DNA of 41,905 nucleotides from Bacteroidetes bacterium UBA6063 (GCA_002428905.1 DIYD01000048.1:1-41905); one strand, 5' to 3'; numbered from the stretch's first letter, positions 1 through 9,805 are shown. Translations and numbers: made by a program. The notes: generated by a model from the letters alone, not told the origin.

Positions 1-3000
1 GTTGTTGCCACTGTTAAAAGTTCCACCCTCGTAGAATACAGCACCCGATGAATTTGTGTCCGTCGTGTAACACAACGCGGAGTTATTGTAGAACATACAC
101 GCCGTAAAGTCCTCAAGGTGGTAGGCGTAACATCCGGTGTTGGTGCCACCAACCGAGACAAAGTTGTTTAATATCCAGGAAGAATCGCCGTAGTCGAAGT
201 CGTTGAGGTAAAAACCATAACGCTCTGATTTATCCGGACCGATCAGGTTGTTTTTCTCAATTCGACTGTTCCCACTGGCTTCATCCAAATTTACACTGGC
301 CCAGTAATTATTGCTGTTGGATGTGAGCCGGTTCGATGTGAACTTAAAGTCCTTGATATATCGTGCATCCACACCTCCATACCCTTGTTTTTCGAACAGG
401 TTACCATGAATACGTGTGCTTCGGTCGTGATCGCTGGAAGAACCCCGGGCGTAGTATCCATAGGATCCCTTAACCAATCGGTTGTTCACCAGGCAAAAGT
501 GATGATCGCCTGTAGACTCATTATACACCAGTGCGTAACCGCTGGAGGAGCTCAAACTATCATTGTTCTGAATGATATTGTTACTTAATTCGTTATAGTC
601 TGCACCATTGGAAAGTTTGACCACGTTCTTGTACCAGGTCGACACGTTTTCAAGTGTCATTTTTCGGAAGGTTATACCATCAGCACCATCAAGCCAGATC
701 AGGTAGTTATTAGACCAGGAAGCACTCGAAGTAGTCAGCTTTACCTTCGTGCTATCTCCATTTTCCGATTCAAAGATGACCTGATTCTTGTTGTCTGCAC
801 ACTCAATTTTTTGGATATGCAGTTGTTCGTTGTAGGTTCCGTCTCGTACCCTAAATACCGCTGAGTCGAGCACGCCTGCGCTGTCCAACGCGTCTAACGC
901 CGCATTGAATGTTGCATAATCCGGACTGGTCCCTCCAATGGTATAAATCCCGCACAAGGCTGGAAAAACGCGTTTGGTGATTGTATCGTTCGAATTAATC
1001 GTATCGCTAACCCCATTCGGAGAAGTCGTCCACAGTTTTACATCGTGTGCCGAGTCTCGTTTAAACTTCTTGTAGCCTACACAAACAATTGCTGTATCCC
1101 CAGAAACCAGTGCACCCGTCCACGATTTTGATGTCTGTGTTACACCGTCAAATGTCCAGGCAATAGACACCGATTTAAGTGTATCATCCCCAAGGTTTCG
1201 AAGTACAACCTCAATGCAACTCGAGTCGGATTTAAATTTCTTTAATTCAGTTAAACTGGCATCTACTGGAGGTAGCTTGTATTCATCTGCACCAATGTCT
1301 GGTCGCATAGTATCTCTAGGCTCCTTATCGATGTCATCACTAATACCCGTTGTTGGGTCAGCGGCCCCATTCAATTCCACTGCCGAAGCATGCAAATCGG
1401 TCGATGATTTATAACCTGGATCTGCACTAACCGAATTCGAATCCAGTCCTGTAGCAGTCTGCCATGCACTTAAATTGGCCACGCTTGTATTCCAGAACCC
1501 TAAGGTACTACCCATAGTATACAGGTTGTTGTGATTCGAGTGAATCACATTAGGTGATCCCGACGTAGAATATTCATTGTACCAGGCACGGCCCGGATTC
1601 TTATTGAACACACTGTTGCTGGTAAACGACAGATTGCCACCATAGTACGTATAAATGGCATTGTTTGTGGTGTTGGTACATTCGGCAAACAAGCTATTAT
1701 GCGCCACTCGCACGTGATTCGCATAATACAACCGTAATGGTGTACACGAACTTGAATATGGGCTTGTAACCGAGACAAAGTTGTTGTAAATGAATGCACG
1801 TCGTGAGGTGTCCGAACTAAACCACGACAACTCAATACCTATACCTGCCGTTGTGGTCACGGCCACATTACACCCAATGCGCACCGGCCCCTGACAATCA
1901 TTTAGATAAATGTTATGGCCGTACGAAGTACCAGATGAACTCCTGGTCAGGTTGTTGTTATTAATGTGCATATCCTGACTGTATCGACAGTCTATATTTC
2001 GATGGCTCTGATCAACGAATTGACACTGTTCAATTCGATATCCCATGCCGTTGTCGTTCCATGGGTTATTGAAATGAATGCCGTATGAACCGCGTTCAAA
2101 GCGGCAGTTTGTGATTTGAATGTCGTGAGAAGCAGGCTCATTTCCCGGACTGGCGTAGAACAACGCCTGGTTGGTGCCCGTACCTGTTGTAGACGCACCT
2201 ATAATCCTACAATTGTCAAACCTAATATTTTGGTTCCCGGTTACGAACCAAACCACGCGTGCATAGGAAGAACCTGTGCCTTCAAGTGTAAGTTGCTTGC
2301 ACCGGAAAATGGAGGTATTTTCAAGCTGTAGTACGTAATTCATTGCTGAACTACCGGAATAATAAATCTTTACATCGGTGCTGTCTCCGGTTTCAGAACG
2401 CAGGGTGATGGTATTGGTTGTATCCGCTCCAGGCACCTCGCCAAGTGAGAGCTGTTCATTGTACGTTCCTGTTCGTACGTTCAATACTACAGGGCCACAT
2501 ATTCCATACAGCATTAGCGCATCAAAGGCGTCCTGAATCTTTGCAAAATCGGGAGACGTTCCCCCAACGGTTAAGGTATCTTTTAACGCCGGGCGAATGT
2601 ATGCCTTAATGGTATCGTTTAAGTTCACGGTATCGTTCTGGCCATTGGGTTTCGCCGTCCAGGCCACAAGTGTATCTGTCTTTCCAGATACCAACGACTT
2701 TGAACCTAACTTAATCGTCTTTAAGAATGAACCGGTACCTCCAATGGTATCTATGGTACCTGTATCTTTTACCGTTGTTTGTGCAACACCGTTATAGGTC
2801 CAGTGCAACTCCACAGAGTCCACCTGCTTTCTTCCGTAGTTTGCTACTTCAACCTCAATATCGCGACTTCCCGGACACGCGTATAACGGCCCAACCAACC
2901 GGTTTGTAGCCATGTCATAATCGGTAGCGGGTACCCATGTCCGAATAATCATGTATCGGGCGATACACAGGTTGGATCCTCCGGTATACAGAAAGTTATT

Positions 3001-3384
3001 GGTATCGCGCTGCATGTACGACGCGAGTTTGGCCCCGGTCACAACTACACTATCAATCGTACATGAGTTACACGAACAATTATAGGAGTTGTTCCACGAA
3101 CCCATCGTATCTCCGTTTAGTAAAAGCGTTGTTGGAAGACTGGTACACGGAGTATGTAAAAAGACAAATTTGATTTTGTCTAGTCGTAAGTTTGAAGCGG
3201 AAGAATCAACAAATTTGAGGCTATCCGTAGCCTTACAATTGTAATCTGGGTCACTGCAGATCAAACAGAAATTACCTGTATAATCGACAAGTATGGTGTC
3301 TTGAACCTGGGCTTTAGCCAGTACAGAGAGCAACAAAAAGGCACAGATAGATAGGAAGCGGTAAAATTGACTACAAGATTTCAT
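1..3384 (-). CDS. Giant secreted right-handed parallel beta-helix / Ig-like repeat protein, partial (C-terminus lies beyond the window start)
   Basis: Translated by hand: ATG at 3384 (MKSCSQFYRFLSICAFLLLSVLAKAQ, signal peptide) and no in-frame stop down to base 1 (1128 codons). Two modules 543 aa apart (TVGGTSPDFAKIQDAFDAL..VRTGTYNEQL and TIGGTSPDYATFNAALDAL..VRDGTYNEQL), plus PDIGADE and Asn-rich beta-helix segments. Confidence 0.9.
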   Translation of the reverse strand, partial: MKSCSQFYRFLSICAFLLLSVLAKAQVQDTILVDYTGNFCLICSDPDYNCKATDSLKFVDSSASNLRLDKIKFVFLHTPCTSLPTTLLLNGDTMGSWNNSYNCSCNSCTIDSVVVTGAKLASYMQRDTNNFLYTGGSNLCIARYMIIRTWVPATDYDMATNRLVGPLYACPGSRDIEVEVANYGRKQVDSVELHWTYNGVAQTTVKDTGTIDTIGGTGSFLKTIKLGSKSLVSGKTDTLVAWTAKPNGQNDTVNLNDTIKAYIRPALKDTLTVGGTSPDFAKIQDAFDALMLYGICGPVVLNVRTGTYNEQLSLGEVPGADTTNTITLRSETGDSTDVKIYYSGSSAMNYVLQLENTSIFRCKQLTLEGTGSSYARVVWFVTGNQNIRFDNCRIIGASTTGTGTNQALFYASPGNEPASHDIQITNCRFERGSYGIHFNNPWNDNGMGYRIEQCQFVDQSHRNIDCRYSQDMHINNNNLTRSSSGTSYGHNIYLNDCQGPVRIGCNVAVTTTAGIGIELSWFSSDTSRRAFIYNNFVSVTSPYSSSCTPLRLYYANHVRVAHNSLFAECTNTTNNAIYTYYGGNLSFTSNSVFNKNPGRAWYNEYSTSGSPNVIHSNHNNLYTMGSTLGFWNTSVANLSAWQTATGLDSNSVSADPGYKSSTDLHASAVELNGAADPTTGISDDIDKEPRDTMRPDIGADEYKLPPVDASLTELKKFKSDSSCIEVVLRNLGDDTLKSVSIAWTFDGVTQTSKSWTGALVSGDTAIVCVGYKKFKRDSAHDVKLWTTSPNGVSDTINSNDTITKRVFPALCGIYTIGGTSPDYATFNAALDALDSAGVLDSAVFRVRDGTYNEQLHIQKIECADNKNQVIFESENGDSTKVKLTTSSASWSNNYLIWLDGADGITFRKMTLENVSTWYKNVVKLSNGADYNELSNNIIQNNDSLSSSSGYALVYNESTGDHHFCLVNNRLVKGSYGYYARGSSSDHDRSTRIHGNLFEKQGYGGVDARYIKDFKFTSNRLTSNSNNYWASVNLDEASGNSRIEKNNLIGPDKSERYGFYLNDFDYGDSSWILNNFVSVGGTNTGCYAYHLEDFTACMFYNNSALCYTTDTNSSGAVFYEGGTFNSGNN

Positions 3385-3737
3385 AAAACTTTCGTTTATT
3401 GGTTCGGTCACATAATCGATGTAATCACACACACAAAAACCCGAAGGTTTTATCTCAGAATTTCAAATCAACCAAGCTGCGGGACTCGATCGAACAAAAC
3501 TGGGCCTCTCCTCAGGTTACCCCTACATCAATGATGTCACCCGGAACCGAAATTAACAAATTAACCCCCTTGATGTCAAGTAAATATTGAGAAATCGTGA
3601 AATTTAGATTGACTACCATTGTTCGGTTTTAATGGAGAGGTCAACAAATGGATTACCATCTTGTCGTTGCTTTGTAGCTTTATAGCAAAGGCCTCCGCAT
3701 GACAACCATTTGACACAGAGATAATTACGAGCGTGGG

Positions 3738-5498
3738 TTAATTCCTATTCAAGGCTCTTCGAGAGCGGTAACGCAAGGTGTCTTTGGCCAACTCCTTGTC
3801 TTCCGGATTAAACCCTTTGAGCAATGAGGTAAACATTCGATCCTTTTCTGCATTTTCAGAAACAATTTTGAACGCCAGATCTTTGAGTTCTTCCGTTTCT
3901 CCATTTTGCGTGTAAAGTGACCTCAATACCTGCACAAAATCCATCTGCATGTTTTGCTCCTTGCCTTCCACTTCATGGGTGTAAATCGATTTGACCTCTT
4001 TCTTCATGCTGTTGACGTCTTGAAACTCCGCGAGATAATAGGTAAGGCAATTAAACGCATCCCGCCTGGTTCGCCAACCTTCAAGCAGCAAATCCTGGCC
4101 CCGATCAAACAAACTCATCTTGGATTTTGCCAGTTTTGCGGCCTTCACGTACTGCGCTCTCCCTTCCAAATCTTCCAATTCCAGCTCGTACATGTGCATG
4201 GCTTCTTGTCTTTTATGCGTCTTGTTATAGAGATCTCCCGCCTTTTCATACATAAGAAGCTCCTTGTACAGTTCGGCAGCACGCTCGTATATTCTCGCCT
4301 GCTCATAACATTCTGCCGCTTTTTGCTTTTTTTCCATTTTTAAGTAGAGCGCAGCAGCCTGTTTATAGAGTTTGCCCTCTACCAGTACTTCGGCCGCAAG
4401 CGTCTCGTTCTTGAGCAACTTCAAATACACAAAGGCCGCTTTCTCATATTTGCCTTGTTTCTTCAAGGCTTCAGCAGTCTTGCGATATTGCTCTTGCAAG
4501 GTCTGAAATTTGTCGTCCGGCATAATTCCACCACTACCGCTATAATCAAGACCGCGATTCCCGAACAGCGAAAAGTTGTTCCAATGCTTTGAAAGTCTGA
4601 AATTAAACGTGTTGTCGTACCCACCTCTAGAACTCCCATCCGGGTCTAACGGTACGGCATACTGCAATGCCTTCTCCGGGTCGTTTTCAAGCATATCAAG
4701 AAGCTTGTTCAACTCAGACTGGTTCCGTTTCTCCAGTTCTTTGTACTCCTCCATCATGTGCTCAACGCGCCGGGAAGAGTCACCGTTTTTGGGGCTCAAC
4801 GTGCCTTCTACCCACTTGAATAAACCCCGTTTAGACACCTTAATATTCTTTGGTTTTTTCTCCCCATTGGTCTTAAAAAACAACCGATAGAACAGGAGTT
4901 TAATACGCTCCCACAAACTGAGTTTCGTACTCTCCTTATCCTTTTTCTCCGGCGACATCGCCTTCTCCAATTCTTTTAATGTTTCAGCTTCATCTACAGG
5001 AGCAACGAATAACGAATGTATGTCGCACGATATACGAACTCCGTCTTCCGGAATCAGATATACCACTTCTTGCAATTCTGGCAATCGAATGAGCGACTGA
5101 AATTCTACAGCATCCTCTAATTCTACCAAACCAATACCCGGGTGCAGAACATGCAGACCACCTCGAATCAACGCATTCAATTCTTCATCACGCAATTTGG
5201 GGTATTCCCGTGTACGCATTGGAAAAATGAGATTGGGTGTACGGAAGTAACAAAATTCATGGATGTGATCTATACCCGGATCAATCTGTTCTTGTGTTAA
5301 CACCAGGCAGCCCCAGATGGTCTTAGCAGAATTGTCTGGCAAACCGTAAATCGTTAATTCGCTTAATGAAAGTCTTAAGCGGGATAACTCTTTCATCCAC
5401 GTATATACCGAACTTCCGCGCATAATAAATCCACAGATCGCTCGATTCCGGTCGATATGCTGTACCAGTTTAAGTTTCATTTTTGGTAATGTGTTCAA
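3738..5498 (-). CDS. TPR/SNAP-like repeat protein of the MoxR-vWA operon (N-terminal bpX3-like domain); alternative start 5480
   Basis: 586-aa ORF overlapping the upstream gene. C-terminal helical repeats (KYEKAAFVY, LYKQAAALY, KAAECYEQA) and a DPEKALQYAVPL motif. The bpX3 label is recalled, not searched. Confidence 0.75.
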   Translation of the reverse strand: MNTLPKMKLKLVQHIDRNRAICGFIMRGSSVYTWMKELSRLRLSLSELTIYGLPDNSAKTIWGCLVLTQEQIDPGIDHIHEFCYFRTPNLIFPMRTREYPKLRDEELNALIRGGLHVLHPGIGLVELEDAVEFQSLIRLPELQEVVYLIPEDGVRISCDIHSLFVAPVDEAETLKELEKAMSPEKKDKESTKLSLWERIKLLFYRLFFKTNGEKKPKNIKVSKRGLFKWVEGTLSPKNGDSSRRVEHMMEEYKELEKRNQSELNKLLDMLENDPEKALQYAVPLDPDGSSRGGYDNTFNFRLSKHWNNFSLFGNRGLDYSGSGGIMPDDKFQTLQEQYRKTAEALKKQGKYEKAAFVYLKLLKNETLAAEVLVEGKLYKQAAALYLKMEKKQKAAECYEQARIYERAAELYKELLMYEKAGDLYNKTHKRQEAMHMYELELEDLEGRAQYVKAAKLAKSKMSLFDRGQDLLLEGWRTRRDAFNCLTYYLAEFQDVNSMKKEVKSIYTHEVEGKEQNMQMDFVQVLRSLYTQNGETEELKDLAFKIVSENAEKDRMFTSLLKGFNPEDKELAKDTLRYRSRRALNRN

Positions 5499-7977
5499 TA
5501 AATGGCTCTAAGTACGATGTATAAAACGCGTTAATCGTAACTACTTTTTGAGGAAGCCCTTCATAGTCCTTCGTAACTTCAAGTTCGCACTTCAGGTCTC
5601 GTAAGCGTGTTGCAAGCAGGTCTGCATCGGTCTCGTTCAACAAAGGCAATAATGGTTGGTGTTCGCTCCAGACGGCACTGCCATAAAAAGACGCAATGCA
5701 CTGCGAGATAATGTCTCGGTTTCCCACATCATACTGGTTGAGCTTAATCCTCATCTTCGGACCATCACGGTAATACGCATTTCCTGCAAATACTTCCTTT
5801 GTAGCCACACCTAAGCGATGATTAATCACCGAAGGAAGATAGATATCTGGTAGTTTACCAGAACCGCAACGCAAAATGAGCATCCCGTCGCGATTGAACC
5901 GAACTTCGCTACCGTTACTAAACCGGAACAAGTTGCGGTCGACAAAACCCGCATTATTTAAGCTGTCTCGCTCGCTTTTATCGGATCGGAATACCATGCC
6001 TGATGAATACAACATCAACGGGTGTTTATTCACGCACAACCTTCCATCCTGGTCAATGCGCACTTGTTTTAAATTCTTAATTACACTTCCACTTACCGAC
6101 ATATAGCTCTGTGGGGTTCGCTGATCGTAAGGCAACGTCTGAACCTCTTGGTCCGAATCGCTAGTGTACTTATCAACAGTACCATCAGGGAGCACCTTCC
6201 ATAACGTTTTACCTGTAATACATTCAAATCCCCCGTCTCTAAAGGTAAAAGCGGCTTTATGATCGTGCTTCCAATGCGGAAACTGAACAGACTTTCTGGT
6301 CTTGGCATTTACATTGGTCAATAGCACTTTGTTCATGCCTTTGTGTAGCGTAAGCACAATGGTCTCTCCATTCTCGTTGTGACCCATTTCAAAGTCGTCT
6401 CGCTTTTCAGGTAATCCCGACATGACAAACTGCATTCCGTACCGAAGCGCCAGGTGCGAAAGCCGACCGTCTACCATTCGAACCGACGGGGTGAACGTCT
6501 TAAATAGACTGCCCAATTTACTCAAATGATAGGCGTAATGCTTATGTATAACCGCCTTGGTTTGAATGCGATCAGGCATAAATAACAATGGATAATCCAC
6601 TTCATTCGGGACAAATTCTTCCTGTGCTTCGGGCTTCTTCTTTTTCGACCACAATTCCTCATATGGGATGGTCAGACGCTGGGTAAGTTTTGAACGTCCT
6701 TTTCGAATCGATTTTACAAGCACTTCTCCATCCTGCGATGTTTGAATCACTCCGGTTAAATTCTTACCGTGGTGTTTCAAAGCACTGATCCATTCTGGAT
6801 AATGATCACATTCCTTATTTGTGATTAGAATGACATCTGAGCCTGTTGGTGGTTTCACCTGATTAAAAAAACGATCTAGACCTCCACCTGCATGGAGGTG
6901 AATATCTACCTGAGCCAGCGCATCGATTAGCGCTTGCTTCGCATGAATATTGTGTTCCTTGTACGAGTCACCCAGGGTATAGAATCGTGTATGTACAGAG
7001 GCTTCCTGTTGCCGATCAGCAGCCAATGCCAGTGCAAAACCCAGAACTCGGGTAACCCCCCAATTTCGTATCGTCGTGTCCAACAAAATGAAGCGCTCCT
7101 TATCGGTAACTTCTGGCGGAAAATCCGGCCGCAAGTACAACGATTCATTGTTCGCCAGTCGAGACATTAAGCTCATATCGTCGTACGCAAATTCTGAGAT
7201 TAACAGTTTGTCAAAATCGCCTTTATTAGTGACATCAGCATATCCTCCAACCGTTTGAATGCCAGGCGTCACTGCATGTTTAGGGAAGTTCACCATACGT
7301 TGCATCCGTTCAACAAGTGACGCAACCTGAAAAGTTCGATGGTCCGTAAGAAGCTCTTCCAAATAATCTACCTCAGACTTCGAGTCTTCAACTTCTTTTA
7401 ATTCAAAATTGTCGGGCACATTGGGTAACCGACTGAGGTAATTCATCAGCGATTCAATGGTCGAAAATCTTCGGCTTAATCTTCGCAAACAATCAAAATC
7501 CTGTGATTTTGACCGGAGATCATCTTCCCGTTCATCGGTTGATCGAATCATCAAGACGTCAACGTTAAGGTAGTCTTCAATGATCTCAGACCCCTGTTTC
7601 ATCCCAATCCGTTTGTGACTGGCTTCCATCAATCCCCGCATCACATGCAGTCTGCGTTCTCCCTGGTGAAACGGCCCGGGCAATGAAGACAGACGTATTA
7701 GGAAATGTTCTATGTCGGCAGTCAATTCATAAGCCGCCAGCGCTGTCGCTTTGTCAATCTTGGGCCGACTATCGTATTCCAGCGCCATCCAAATAAGAAG
7801 AGCCGCTCCAAATGGGGGCAGTCCATTGACATTACAACGTTGCAGTACTTCCATAAAATGGGATTCGTACGCAATCGTTTCTCCACTCGACAAGGCAAAA
7901 ATACGTTGCCCCTCGTCTTCTACTCGTTTCCAGAAGTAGCCTTGTCTTTCTGCAAAATAGGATTCCCAGGTGCTCAT
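5470..7977 (-). CDS. vWA-domain protein with a beta-rich C-terminal region (vWA component of a MoxR-vWA-beta-propeller-type system)
   Basis: 835 aa. GGYADVTNKGDFDKLLISEFA (ViaA-like pre-vWA motif), ILLDTTIRNWG (variant MIDAS strand), N-terminal GLPPFGAALL. Same operon as the MoxR ATPase. Confidence 0.75.
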   Translation of the reverse strand: MSTWESYFAERQGYFWKRVEDEGQRIFALSSGETIAYESHFMEVLQRCNVNGLPPFGAALLIWMALEYDSRPKIDKATALAAYELTADIEHFLIRLSSLPGPFHQGERRLHVMRGLMEASHKRIGMKQGSEIIEDYLNVDVLMIRSTDEREDDLRSKSQDFDCLRRLSRRFSTIESLMNYLSRLPNVPDNFELKEVEDSKSEVDYLEELLTDHRTFQVASLVERMQRMVNFPKHAVTPGIQTVGGYADVTNKGDFDKLLISEFAYDDMSLMSRLANNESLYLRPDFPPEVTDKERFILLDTTIRNWGVTRVLGFALALAADRQQEASVHTRFYTLGDSYKEHNIHAKQALIDALAQVDIHLHAGGGLDRFFNQVKPPTGSDVILITNKECDHYPEWISALKHHGKNLTGVIQTSQDGEVLVKSIRKGRSKLTQRLTIPYEELWSKKKKPEAQEEFVPNEVDYPLLFMPDRIQTKAVIHKHYAYHLSKLGSLFKTFTPSVRMVDGRLSHLALRYGMQFVMSGLPEKRDDFEMGHNENGETIVLTLHKGMNKVLLTNVNAKTRKSVQFPHWKHDHKAAFTFRDGGFECITGKTLWKVLPDGTVDKYTSDSDQEVQTLPYDQRTPQSYMSVSGSVIKNLKQVRIDQDGRLCVNKHPLMLYSSGMVFRSDKSERDSLNNAGFVDRNLFRFSNGSEVRFNRDGMLILRCGSGKLPDIYLPSVINHRLGVATKEVFAGNAYYRDGPKMRIKLNQYDVGNRDIISQCIASFYGSAVWSEHQPLLPLLNETDADLLATRLRDLKCELEVTKDYEGLPQKVVTINAFYTSYLEPFIEHITKNET

Positions 7978-8702
7978 GTGTTAACGAAACTACGTTTAAA
8001 TGAAGACCGGGATAATGCGGTGAAACCTGAAGCACTCGCCAACCAATAACGTCCATCTGTATGTATAAATACATGCTTGTTCCCATCCGGTGCGATCTTC
8101 TTACGGATTTCGTCACGCAGTATGGGGAGTTCCAGATCATATCCCTCTGGGAGAAACAACGCCCCATTGTGCCAGTATACATCTCCAGGAATTGGTAGTA
8201 ACGGTGTACCCATAAGCAGTGCTTTGGACCCCATAATGCTCCATATCAGAGGCTTCAATCGAATAGCCGCAGCCTCTGATAGATATGCTTCCAGATGGTC
8301 TAACAACACAACATGTGCGCTGCCTGGTGCACCTGCTGTAGACCTTTGTAACCGTATGGACAGTTCTTCCTCCACCCCAAAATAATTGAAGTTATACTCT
8401 GGTCGCTCAACTGGCAAGAGTGACTCTAAGGCGCGCCATTTTAACCTGGGTTTTGGAATATCCGGTAGGATATGACCGCGTTCATGCAAAAACGGATCAT
8501 TTACTTCATACACCTTAAGACCCGTAAGTGTCTTAACCTCTATGGCATGCAACTGATCAAGGGTTAGCCCCTTGATCCAAAGCCTCCCTGCTTCTTGCGA
8601 AAATTGCAGAGAAGGCCAATGCCTCAGTTCATAGAGCTCATTCAAACTTGAATCTGGTACTGCAATGAGGTGTTCTACGCCGTTTGAAGCATCCCTTTCC
8701 AT
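7974..8702 (-). CDS. Conserved hypothetical protein of the MoxR operon (bpX2-like)
   Basis: 242 aa. 28-nt overlap with the MoxR stop and an ATGA overlap with the vWA gene. GTPLLPIPGDVYW..LFLPEGY motif. Confidence 0.7.
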   Translation of the reverse strand: MERDASNGVEHLIAVPDSSLNELYELRHWPSLQFSQEAGRLWIKGLTLDQLHAIEVKTLTGLKVYEVNDPFLHERGHILPDIPKPRLKWRALESLLPVERPEYNFNYFGVEEELSIRLQRSTAGAPGSAHVVLLDHLEAYLSEAAAIRLKPLIWSIMGSKALLMGTPLLPIPGDVYWHNGALFLPEGYDLELPILRDEIRKKIAPDGNKHVFIHTDGRYWLASASGFTALSRSSFKRSFVNT

Positions 8703-9805
8703 AAATCGTCAATTTGTTTCTGCAATTCCGTCTTCTGCAAATCATCATTAATCCAATTGCTTTGGCTTTGTAGAAAGCGAAGCTTGTCTTTGATTACATT
8801 GCGGCGATCAAAGTCTGGTTCACTGTTGTCCCATTCTTGCTTCAACTCGGCAACCTGACGTGCTATATTTTCAGCATCAGGCATATGATCTTTAATCGCC
8901 TGTGGATGTGGTTTGTCCATATCTGACTTCTCTACATATTTGCTTACGATGCCCGACAGTACTTCGATCTGTTCTTCCGCATCCCAGATGTATTTCAACA
9001 CCCACAGGTCGGACAAGTCTGCCTGTGTACGATCGGCCATTAGCGCACTGGCCGCAATAAGGTTTTGGACCTTTACTGCTCTTCGATCCGAAACACTTAC
9101 CCCGGCATTTCGCAATGCGTGAATTAGGTTTACGTACTCGTGCTGAATGGGTGCAATATCTACTTTTTTACAGTGTAACTGGAGCTCTCGAATATCCTTT
9201 GCACTGATCTCAGGTCGTTTGTTCTCCAAATTGTTCTCCAACCGCCATCCAGCATTTAAAACCTGACCTAACAAGTCAGTATCTACATATCCACATCGCA
9301 CACGCACCAGAAACCGATCGAGCAATGCGCCTAAGGCTTCGTCTTCTGGCATTAGGTTACTCGCTCCAACAAACATGAGCGCTGGGAGCTTCATCACTTC
9401 TTTACCCCGACGGAAGATCTTTTCATTCAGGGCCATCAACAAACTGTTCAGAATTGCACTGTTCGCATTGAATATTTCATCCAGGAAAACCATAGACGCT
9501 TCAGGCATCATACCTTCGGTATTCGTTACCAGGTCTCCGTCTTTTAATCTTCGGATATCGAATGGACCAAAAATCTCATTGGGCTCAGTGAAACGGGTAA
9601 GTAAGTATTCAAAGTTTTTTCCATCGGTCACGGAGGCCGATAGTTCGCGCACAATGGCACTCTTGGCTGTACCTGGAGGACCTAACAAAAAGGCATTCTC
9701 TCGGGCCAGTAAACATATCCCCAACAGGTCTATAATCTCATCCTTCCCAACAAACGTATTTTTCACATACGTTAATACGTCCTGTAATTTCTTTACCGTG
9801 TTCAT
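8675..9805 (-). CDS. MoxR-family (RavA-like) AAA+ ATPase
   Basis: Walker A GPPGTAKS, YLLTRFTEPNEIFGP, Walker B VFLDEIF, ANSAILNSLL, sensor 1 GASN, Arg finger LLDRF and SDRR. Confidence 0.95.
   Translation of the reverse strand: MNTVKKLQDVLTYVKNTFVGKDEIIDLLGICLLARENAFLLGPPGTAKSAIVRELSASVTDGKNFEYLLTRFTEPNEIFGPFDIRRLKDGDLVTNTEGMMPEASMVFLDEIFNANSAILNSLLMALNEKIFRRGKEVMKLPALMFVGASNLMPEDEALGALLDRFLVRVRCGYVDTDLLGQVLNAGWRLENNLENKRPEISAKDIRELQLHCKKVDIAPIQHEYVNLIHALRNAGVSVSDRRAVKVQNLIAASALMADRTQADLSDLWVLKYIWDAEEQIEVLSGIVSKYVEKSDMDKPHPQAIKDHMPDAENIARQVAELKQEWDNSEPDFDRRNVIKDKLRFLQSQSNWINDDLQKTELQKQIDDLWKGMLQTA

Noticed and set aside
385-2909. Short ORFs of 60-96 aa in the ORF track
   Set aside because: They are shadow frames of the long minus-strand ORF 1..3384.
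3385-3737. Riboswitch, or small CDS 3399..3590, in the 350-nt intergenic region
   Set aside because: I could not recognise TPP, cobalamin, SAM or c-di-GMP consensus elements, and the ORF has a TTG start and no protein-like features.
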